From Bacteroidales bacterium (GTDB lineage: Bacteria; Bacteroidota; Bacteroidia; Bacteroidales; VadinHA17), in contig JAGGWN010000001.1 in the NCBI GenBank assembly GCA_021157415.1, positions 2,679 through 66,678 on the forward strand: DNA of 64,000 bases, read 5' to 3'. This document shows, piece by piece, positions 40,943-48,364 of the stretch (positions are counted from its first letter, which is position 1; the number at the start of each line of letters is the position of its first letter). A model generated the notes under the pieces. That model worked only from the letters and a program-made list of their open reading frames with translations. It ran no database searches and had not been told where the DNA came from. The translations under genes and the position numbers were made by a program.

Positions 40943-42028
40943 TCATTTTTTTTCCCGGATCCTGTTAAAGCGGAGGGCTTTCAACAGCCAGGAAGGCAGG
41001 TTTTTTTCCGGATTTTTCTTTCGTAAATTAATATACCAGCCCAGCTTTTTTATGACCGGAATTTTGTGTGTCTCCACAAATTCGATAAGGGTCCCGTCGG
41101 GGTCTTCCACATACGAAAAATATCCGGCAGCTTCGCCCATGTCAAAGCTATGGTTTTCGTGTGCCCGTTGGCTGTCCACGGTAAAAGGATACCCTTTTTC
41201 TTCGCATTTTTGCCGGAGGGTATCCATGCCGTTAATATCGAAACAAAGATGGATAAAACCAAGGTCGCCCCAATATCTTCCGTGAAATATTTTCTGTGGT
41301 TTCCGGGATTTTGCCTGTACCAACTCCAACTCGCTGGGTCCGAAAACCCGGCTGAAAACACCCAGAGGTCCCGAGCTCTTTTGCAATAACATTCTGCGTA
41401 CCGGTTTATCTCCGCCGGGCAGATAAGAAAAATCCTCAAACACTCCTTCCTGGTCATAAACCACGATGTCATAACCCAGGATATCCCGGTAGAACTCCAG
41501 TGATTTTTCCATATCCGACACGCCAATCACAGCACCATAGGCTGCGCCGGTAGGTTTTTTCTTTTCCCGTCGGAACCATCCTGTCCCGGGCACTATCTGG
41601 AAACAATTTCCAAAAGGATCCTTCATAAAAAAGACATCATTTCCGAGCGGATCTTTCGTTATCGACCCGGGAAGATCCCCGTCCATTTTTTTGAAATGAT
41701 CATAAGCGGCTGCAATGTCACGGCTTTTGATCTTGACGGAAAATATACCCAGATCTCCCAGCATAAGGGGTTTTTCCGGGGGTTTAGGGACACGGTCTTT
41801 GTACTGCCATATCTCAAATCCACCGCCCCCCTGCAGGTTCAATGCCAATGCAGCATGGCGCTTGCGCGGTTTACCTCCGGTATAGGGAAGCATCAGTTCG
41901 GCCGTAGCCTCATCTTCAAAGATCCGCACATCCACCCCGAAGAACCTGCGGTACCAGGCCCAGGCTTCTTTCAGATCCTTAACGCCTATACCCACTTGTT
42001 GTATCCCGCCAAAAATAATTTTTCTCAC
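40943..42028 (-). CDS. VOC (glyoxalase/bleomycin-resistance/dioxygenase) superfamily protein, tandem domains
   Basis: Two repeats of the beta-alpha-beta-beta-beta module pattern (GIGVKDLKEAWAWY..., VIGVSDMEKSLEFYRDILGYD...) and a basic C-terminal tail. Confidence 0.6.
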   Translation of the reverse strand: MRKIIFGGIQQVGIGVKDLKEAWAWYRRFFGVDVRIFEDEATAELMLPYTGGKPRKRHAALALNLQGGGGFEIWQYKDRVPKPPEKPLMLGDLGIFSVKIKSRDIAAAYDHFKKMDGDLPGSITKDPLGNDVFFMKDPFGNCFQIVPGTGWFRREKKKPTGAAYGAVIGVSDMEKSLEFYRDILGYDIVVYDQEGVFEDFSYLPGGDKPVRRMLLQKSSGPLGVFSRVFGPSELELVQAKSRKPQKIFHGRYWGDLGFIHLCFDINGMDTLRQKCEEKGYPFTVDSQRAHENHSFDMGEAAGYFSYVEDPDGTLIEFVETHKIPVIKKLGWYINLRKKNPEKNLPSWLLKALRFNRIREKK

Positions 42029-42048
42029 AATAACTTGTATTTTCTAAA

Positions 42049-42849
42049 TTAAACAGGACTCACTCTACCGGCTATCTTAAAAAACAAGCCGGGAAAATAT
42101 TTTTTAAGGTAAACGGACCAGGAGTCTGCATTTCCTATTATAATTTCTCTCTTTCTCCGGGCCACACCCTTAAGGATCTTACTTACTGCTTTCTCTACCG
42201 ATATCCCTTTGGCCTGGCCAGGATCCATTTTCCCGTATTTCTCTCCCGTAGCCGTCAGGGCATTGATAGAAACATCCGTAACGATATGCCCCGGGATCAA
42301 AAGAGTAACGGCAATATGGCTATTCTTTTCTTCTACCATCAAAGTTTCAAAAAAGCCGTGTAAAGCATGCTTGGAAGCTGCATAGGCCGATCTCATAGGG
42401 AAACCGAACTTCCCGACAATACTGCTGGTAACCACGATATGCCCGCCCCCATTCCGGATCATCCCGGGAAGAACCGCTTTGGTCAGGGCCACCGCACCGA
42501 AATAATTAACATCCATGATTTTCCGGTCCACCTCAAGACCTGTATCCCGCACAAGCCCTCGCTGACTGATACCGGCATTGTTAAAAAGATAATCCAACCG
42601 CGGAATGGTTTTCAGCACTTTCTCAGCAACATTTTTTACCGCTTGTTCGTCCGATACATCCAGAGGGAAGATCAGACAATGATCTTCATCCAGTCCGGAA
42701 ATTTTCTTCACCTCCTCAAGTTTTTCGACATTGCGGGAGGAAAGCACCAGGGAAGCCTCCGCCGAAGCCAGCGCCAAAGCAAGGCCTTTTCCTATACCGG
42801 ACGAAGCACCCGTAATCCAAACCCATTTGCCGGAAAATACATCTTTCAT
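42049..42849 (-). CDS. Short-chain dehydrogenase/reductase (SDR)
   Basis: Cofactor motif ITGASSGIGKGLA, NNAG, and catalytic YAASKHAL. Confidence 0.9.
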   Translation of the reverse strand: MKDVFSGKWVWITGASSGIGKGLALALASAEASLVLSSRNVEKLEEVKKISGLDEDHCLIFPLDVSDEQAVKNVAEKVLKTIPRLDYLFNNAGISQRGLVRDTGLEVDRKIMDVNYFGAVALTKAVLPGMIRNGGGHIVVTSSIVGKFGFPMRSAYAASKHALHGFFETLMVEEKNSHIAVTLLIPGHIVTDVSINALTATGEKYGKMDPGQAKGISVEKAVSKILKGVARRKREIIIGNADSWSVYLKKYFPGLFFKIAGRVSPV

Positions 42850-42910
42850 CTCTTTAAATTAATTTTTTTTTTTTGCTAAATAATAAAATAAAAAAAATTC
42901 GCATCTGTAA

Positions 42911-42938
42911 CCGTCTTGTTTTCACAAGACCGTTTTTT
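42911..42938. terminator. Possible bidirectional terminator between the OLD-like gene and the SDR gene
   Basis: GTCTTG-TTTTCA-CAAGAC stem (6 bp, extendable) with T6 on the + strand. T-rich runs follow on the - strand after an 11-nt spacer. The stem is weak. Confidence 0.3.
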
Positions 42939-42973
42939 CCCCGGCAAAATTAATTATTTTACAGAAAATAAAT

Positions 42974-45310
42974 TCAGGCCTGAAGCCTTTCCACGATCGC
43001 CTGAAAAACATTTTCAATATTCTCCCGTGTTTCTTCATCAAAATCGGTAATTTTCATTTCCTGAATTGATTTCAGAAAATCAGAGGCCAGGAGCGTTCTG
43101 GATAGTTTGTTGTCACGTACAAAATCAGAATTGGATTCCGGAATGCCTATACGCTGATGAAGGACATGTTTCTTAAAGTCCAGGGTCGAAAACAGATCTT
43201 CCACGCCCTGAAACCCATCCATCAGGATTACTTTCTCACGGATTTTATTATCATTATTGCCGTAAACATTTTTTTTCAGATCCTGATAGGTTTTCAAGCC
43301 CTCGGGACTTTCGTCGGTAACAACGATAAAATCCAGTCCCCAACCCATCAACAGGTTCACCAGGGTTTGGACATTGGACACATCTGTGGCGGGCAGGAAG
43401 AATGCTTCGGGCGGATATCCCAGCAAGGCATGGAAAGCACTGAAGTAATAATAATTGGTAAGATCTTCGAGGATAATATTGTTTTTTTTCTGGATAAACT
43501 GTTGTTCCGACAATCGCGAGCCCATGAGGGTATAGATGGGAGACAACGTATCGGCCGAAGCCGAAGTGAGTGACTTGGCGTCAAAGACCACGGTTTCGCT
43601 GTTCTCATCATCATGGATATTGCGCTGTACCGCCAGAAGACGGTAGAGTTTTTTGATATCTATCAGATGCGGGGAATGGGTGGTATAGATCACCTGCACC
43701 TTGTCCTTGATGTGCTCAAAGACTTTCAGCACATCCTCCTGGGCCCGGGCATGAAGGCTCAGTCCCGGCTCGTCGATTAACAACACCTTCCCTTTGAAGT
43801 CCTTACGGGATATCGCTGCTTTTAGCTCCAGATAAAAAGAAAGAAACCAGCGCACGCCCCGGCTGCGTTGTTTGGGATAAAGACGCTCCTGCCGGTCTTT
43901 TACCCAGAACTCCAGGTATGGAAAACCACTCTTGTCAGGATGGGTATTATCATAATGTTCCAGTTCAAAATTGATGGTGATCTTATTGTGACGGCCGATA
44001 CGCTGTTGCCAGAAATCCTGAAAATCCAGGGTCAGGTCGCGATTCAGTTTCTCGATTTTCTGTTTCAGGATACGGCTGTTACTCTCTCTGAAGAATGCTT
44101 CATTCAGACCGGCTACTTCCAAAAAATTACGGGCAGCCTTATATCCTTCGATAGCTGCGTTTCCGTTCAGGATATCGTCCAGGTCGATCCGGTTGGGCAA
44201 CAGGCTGCTGAAATCTTCGAACATCACGAATTCAGGGATGTGCTCCACAATCAGGCTACCCGCTTCAAGGCGTGTATAAAAAGGATTAATATGGGGTTTC
44301 TCCCGTTCTGTTTCTTTTTCAGCGGCTGCGGGTGGAAGGCCTTCCAGTATCTTATAGGCCAGAAGACGGCGTTTGATCGCCCGTTCACGTGTCTGTTCAT
44401 ACTCCTTGAGGAGTTTCATATACCGGTCATTCACCCCATCCATCTCCAGTTGGATAGCACGTCTTTCTTTTTCGGACAATGCATGATCATACAATCGCTG
44501 CAGGTTGGTCAACCTTCCAAAGACTTCGTTTTGTTCTCTTTGTATCTCCTCAAATTCACGCCAGGCTTCCTTACTCATCTCGGCATAACGGGCTTCCCCG
44601 GCCACGGTTTGCACGGCCTTATTCAGTTTCTGTACCTCCTGGCTTTTCTCATTCAGCAGGTTTTTTATCTCATTGACTTTGTTTTTTGCGGCAGCCAACT
44701 GATTCTGGAGTTTCTTTTTCTCCTCGGCATCTTTTTTCCCTTTTACCTTCAACGAACGGCTTATCTCATTCACCGTAGCCTTGGCATCATTCAGTCTGGT
44801 TTCTATCCCGAGTCTTTCGTTTTCCGCCTGTTGAAAAGAGGCAATCACATCTTTCTTTTTCTGTAAAATCCTATTGATGGCCTCTTCTATCCTGTCATTT
44901 TTGGCGATTACCCCCTCATCATGCTTATTAAACAGAGCCACCACTTTTTCTCCGCCCAGCAGGATCCGCGAAGAGAGGTCTTCATTCCATTCCCGTTCCA
45001 GGCTAACGGATTTATCTGTCCGGATCTGTTCTATCACGCCGGCCGGCAGCAACTTCTCTTTCAGGATGTCTGTTATTTCGTTGTCATCATCAACACTGAA
45101 AAGACAGGATACCACAGGCATGCTCAGATCGCTTCGTAAGGTATCTTCTGATATCTTTCCGTCATAAAAGCTGCTTAAGGCTTCGAGAATAGATGTTTTA
45201 CCCGACTCATTCTGTCCGATCAATCCCGTGATATCATCCGAAGAGAGACTGTGCCAACCGGTATCGATGATCGACCTGAAATTTCGTATCCTGAAAGCCA
45301 AAAGTTTCAT
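42974..45310 (-). CDS. OLD-family-like ABC ATPase (AAA_15-type) with a long coiled-coil insert and a C-terminal Toprim-like domain
   Basis: N-terminus MKLLAFRIRNFRSI...GLIGQNESGKTSILEAL (Walker A). A heptad-rich charged segment of about 200 aa (residues about 130-330). Signature-like SRGVRWFLSFYLEL, Walker B/D-loop LLIDEPGLSLH, H-loop YTTHSPHLI. The C-terminal NIILEDLTNYYYF ... DFIVVTDESPEG resembles the Toprim E ... DxD pattern. Confidence 0.75.
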   Translation of the reverse strand: MKLLAFRIRNFRSIIDTGWHSLSSDDITGLIGQNESGKTSILEALSSFYDGKISEDTLRSDLSMPVVSCLFSVDDDNEITDILKEKLLPAGVIEQIRTDKSVSLEREWNEDLSSRILLGGEKVVALFNKHDEGVIAKNDRIEEAINRILQKKKDVIASFQQAENERLGIETRLNDAKATVNEISRSLKVKGKKDAEEKKKLQNQLAAAKNKVNEIKNLLNEKSQEVQKLNKAVQTVAGEARYAEMSKEAWREFEEIQREQNEVFGRLTNLQRLYDHALSEKERRAIQLEMDGVNDRYMKLLKEYEQTRERAIKRRLLAYKILEGLPPAAAEKETEREKPHINPFYTRLEAGSLIVEHIPEFVMFEDFSSLLPNRIDLDDILNGNAAIEGYKAARNFLEVAGLNEAFFRESNSRILKQKIEKLNRDLTLDFQDFWQQRIGRHNKITINFELEHYDNTHPDKSGFPYLEFWVKDRQERLYPKQRSRGVRWFLSFYLELKAAISRKDFKGKVLLIDEPGLSLHARAQEDVLKVFEHIKDKVQVIYTTHSPHLIDIKKLYRLLAVQRNIHDDENSETVVFDAKSLTSASADTLSPIYTLMGSRLSEQQFIQKKNNIILEDLTNYYYFSAFHALLGYPPEAFFLPATDVSNVQTLVNLLMGWGLDFIVVTDESPEGLKTYQDLKKNVYGNNDNKIREKVILMDGFQGVEDLFSTLDFKKHVLHQRIGIPESNSDFVRDNKLSRTLLASDFLKSIQEMKITDFDEETRENIENVFQAIVERLQA

Positions 45311-45372
45311 GCGTCCAATTTACAATTTTTTTCTATGTTTTGTAATCCATTCCTACAATGTGTATCCGGGCA

Positions 45373-46197
45373 TTAAGGGATTTTTATTCCCATCACCAGG
45401 ATATCATCCACCTGGATAAACTCCCCTTTCCATTTCTCGAAAGTCTCCAGCAGGATTTTCTTTTGGGATTTCATGGGTAAACGGGCAATTTTCAGCAGCA
45501 ACGTTCGGAAAGGGTCGAACTTAAATTTTTTCCCTTCGGATCCTCCGAACTGGTCAACATATCCATCCGTAAACAGATAGAGGGTATCATTTTTTTTCAG
45601 TTCCACATACTGATTGGTAAAGGGTTGTTCTTCAATACCGCTCACTCCGATAGGCATACGATCGGGTTTGTATTCTATCACCACCTCCCCGCGGATGATA
45701 TAGATGGGATGGTTGGCGCCCGCATATTGGAGGATCATTTTTTCCTGATCATAAATACAAAGGGATATATCCATCCCGTCCAGGGCTTCGGTGCTGTCGC
45801 CGGTCTGGTGGAGGGCTTTCATGACCATCTCACGCAACAGGTTCAGGATACGATTGGCAGGCAGGTTGTCGTGCATGGTCACGATCTCGTTCAGGAAAGA
45901 AATTCCCAGAATGCTCATTAGCGCACCCGGCACGCCATGTCCCGTACAATCGGCCACAGCAAAATATGCCTTGCGCCCCCGGGACACCATCCAGTAAAAA
46001 TCACCACTTACGATATTCTTCGGAAGATACAATACAAAATTCCGGGGAAACACTTTGTCTATCAGCTTTTTTTGAGGCAATAAGGAAGTCTGTATCAGAC
46101 TGGCATACTGTATGCTTTCTATGATCTCATTCCTCTGGCGGGTGATCTCGTCCCGCTGTCGCTCCATCTCTTCCCGTAACTCTTCTCTTTTTACCAT
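45373..46197 (-). CDS. PP2C-family (SpoIIE-type) serine/threonine phosphatase with only a short coiled-coil N-terminus
   Basis: SIQYASLIQTSLLP, SGDFYW, ADCTGHGVPGALMS, LYLFTDGYVDQFGG. The track start at 46227 is TTG. The ATG at 46197 gives MVKREELREEMERQRDEI. Confidence 0.85.
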   Translation of the reverse strand: MVKREELREEMERQRDEITRQRNEIIESIQYASLIQTSLLPQKKLIDKVFPRNFVLYLPKNIVSGDFYWMVSRGRKAYFAVADCTGHGVPGALMSILGISFLNEIVTMHDNLPANRILNLLREMVMKALHQTGDSTEALDGMDISLCIYDQEKMILQYAGANHPIYIIRGEVVIEYKPDRMPIGVSGIEEQPFTNQYVELKKNDTLYLFTDGYVDQFGGSEGKKFKFDPFRTLLLKIARLPMKSQKKILLETFEKWKGEFIQVDDILVMGIKIP

Positions 46198-46326
46198 AAC
46201 GCTTTTGTTGCAGCGTAAAATTAACAAATAAATAGAATAAAGAAAACAGTCGGAAAGAGGTGTTTAACAGATCTTGACACTTTAGACCATATTATCAACA
46301 CTCTATCTGATCTTTACAATTTTACA

Positions 46327-46348
46327 CCTACGTAGCTCCCTACGTAGG
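46327..46348. promoter_or_regulatory. Tandem palindrome CCTACGTAG-CTC-CCTACGTAGG (candidate operator), 130-150 bp upstream of the PP2C gene
   Basis: Second occurrence of the motif seen at 11333..11354, again preceded by ATTTTA. Confidence 0.5.
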
Positions 46349-46462
46349 CCATCTCAATGCATAACGCAGACCAGGGAATGCCCCGGGTTCTTTTTGACCA
46401 CAGCCTGGATTCAGCCTGGATTGGCAGGTTTCATTTTCCGAAAGGAAGCCACCGGCATGCTA

Positions 46463-47854
46463 TTATCCTTCAACCTTTTTCAACGGGTGTGCCTCGGTAT
46501 TGAATATCACATGCTGAAAGTCTATAAGGTCCTGCGGAGCAAACAACAGGTAGAGGTATTTCAGGGTCTCAGCCAGGAAAAAACTTTCCATATCATCTCC
46601 CCGGGTTTTGTCACGCACATCTTTCAGATACGTGTATCCTGCTTCCGTACGGCAATATTTCTTCAGGCTGCGGAAGTATGTTTTTCCCATCATGAGGTAG
46701 GTTGTATCGCCAGTAATATGATAAAGGTAATAGGCCGATTCGATATTTTCGGGCCGGAGATAATAAGGAGGAGAGATAATTTTCATTTCCTTGTAATCCA
46801 TCTGTTCGGGTTCGATGCCAGCCATGTTCCACATAACAAAGTTGGAATGCTGCAGTTTCACGGCCCGGGTGGTATCGCCGCCCAGTGCGAGTACTGCGGG
46901 GTAGAAAGCTTCCAGTGCACCATAGTGTGTAGAGATACGCTTACCGGTAATCATATCCACACGGCCATACCAAAGCCCCTTGCAGGTAGTATCGGCCACA
47001 TAACGGTTCACCGCATTTATGCCGGTTTTCCACATTTTTTTCAGGAGGGGATCATCAAACAGGAGCCATCCTTTCAGCGTATATTCCAGGTAGGAATCAA
47101 TGCCCCCGCCGATATGGGAGGTCTTGTCTTTCCATTCGCCTGTTTCCACGTCCATGGCGCTACCCACCAGACCCAGAGAAGATCTTCTGGCACTCAGGGC
47201 ACACATGGCTTTTTTAGCTTTCTTGTAATATTTCTCATCGCCGGTAAGTTTCGACAGGGTACCAAACTCCAGCAGGAGTGTTCCGATTTCTGCCGGGTTG
47301 CTCACCGGCTGGCTGACAGCGCCTGTTTTCAGATTTACCATCCGGTAGGGCATGCCCGTACGCGAACGAAAAGCCGGTAATAACCTGTCACCCAAATCCC
47401 TGGCCAGTGTAAGAAAACGCGGGTCTCCGTCCCACTGATAAGCGGACAACAGGCCGCCCAGCAGTCGTATGGTCACCTCAAACACCTGGACATCCATATC
47501 CACATCAAAGTCCAGGCCGGTAAATATCAATTCTTTGGCCTCGTCCGCTTCTTTGGTCAGGCCCATCAGCACCATGGTATCAAATGCATCCACCGGGGTC
47601 ATCATCAGGGACTTGCGATACCAATTCTTCCCTTTTTTAGATAAGGGTTTCAGCGCATCATATCCCCGTGCATACTTCATATAAGCATTCCAGGCATAGA
47701 CAAACTCATTCTTTACCTGCACGGCCATCTTTTTATCGCCTGCCCGATCCATATTCTTATCCGCAGGCATTTTCATCCGGTATCCGGAAACGATACCGGA
47801 AAGCATCAGAAAAGCTAAGGCAGGGAGTGCTTTGTGCAATAATTTTCTCTTCAT
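46463..47854 (-). CDS. GH47 class-I alpha-1,2-mannosidase
   Basis: GH47 strings VDAFDTMVLMGL, VFEVTIRLLGGLLSAY, AEIGTLLLEFGTLSKLTGDEKYY, GGGIDSYLEYTLK, LAETLKYLYLLF. Signal peptide present. Confidence 0.85.
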   Translation of the reverse strand: MKRKLLHKALPALAFLMLSGIVSGYRMKMPADKNMDRAGDKKMAVQVKNEFVYAWNAYMKYARGYDALKPLSKKGKNWYRKSLMMTPVDAFDTMVLMGLTKEADEAKELIFTGLDFDVDMDVQVFEVTIRLLGGLLSAYQWDGDPRFLTLARDLGDRLLPAFRSRTGMPYRMVNLKTGAVSQPVSNPAEIGTLLLEFGTLSKLTGDEKYYKKAKKAMCALSARRSSLGLVGSAMDVETGEWKDKTSHIGGGIDSYLEYTLKGWLLFDDPLLKKMWKTGINAVNRYVADTTCKGLWYGRVDMITGKRISTHYGALEAFYPAVLALGGDTTRAVKLQHSNFVMWNMAGIEPEQMDYKEMKIISPPYYLRPENIESAYYLYHITGDTTYLMMGKTYFRSLKKYCRTEAGYTYLKDVRDKTRGDDMESFFLAETLKYLYLLFAPQDLIDFQHVIFNTEAHPLKKVEG

Positions 47855-47960
47855 GGTTTTCTCAGGTGTTCATGATCTGTGAATGATTTCTACAAACCTA
47901 CATATTTTTTCCCGGGGAAAAATAAGAACGTAAAAGAAAAAATACATTCACCCCGGATTC

Positions 47961-48085
47961 TGCAACAGTAAACCCAAAATGCTTTCTATTGCGAAACGAC
48001 AAAGGATCTACCCCGTACGGCCTGTGGCCTGTGCGCAACAGAACATTTTATCGGAATCCCGATTGTACAAACCGGGGTAAATTTT
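47961..48085 (+). repeat. Dispersed intergenic mosaic element, compact copy (X fused directly to Z)
   Basis: GCAACAGTAA-ACCCAAAATGC-TTTCTATTGC then GAAACGACAAAGGATCTACCCCGTACGGCCTGTGGCCTGTGCGCAACAGAAC...GTACAAACCGGGGTAAATTTT. Confidence 0.8.
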
Positions 48086-48130
48086 AATCAATGTCTGAAA
48101 AAATTTGCAAACTCCCTCAAAAATAATTTA

Positions 48131-48320
48131 CCTTTGTTGCGGCGAAGGTATCCATCGGCATTTTCTGCCGGCGGATAAGAGGGAATCAGGTGAGAAACCT
48201 GGACAGTACCCGCTGCTGTGATCTCCGGAAAGGTTTCCGGGCAATCCGGCCACTGCCTGTTTATTCAGAGGTGGGAAGGCGCCCGGAAATGGAGTAAGTC
48301 AGAAGACCTGCCTTGGCTGC
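48131..48320 (+). promoter_or_regulatory. Cobalamin (adenosylcobalamin-type) riboswitch
   Basis: Conserved core strings are all present and in order: AAGAGGGAATCAGGTGAGAAACCTGG, ACAGTACCCGCTGCTGTGA, GGCCACTG, GGGAAGGC and the B12 box AGTCAGAAGACCTGCC. It lies 45 bp upstream of a TonB-dependent receptor. Confidence 0.9.
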
Positions 48321-48364
48321 GACATTAAGTGAAATGTTCGGGATAAACATGTAACTTAAGTACA

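Noticed and set aside
42049-45310. SDR and VOC genes as part of the OLD-like/PP2C module
   Set aside because: A 124-bp AT-rich spacer with a hairpin and long T/A tracts separates the OLD-like gene from the SDR gene. SDR and VOC proteins are generic metabolic enzymes with their own tight pairing (20-bp gap). I found no evidence of functional linkage.
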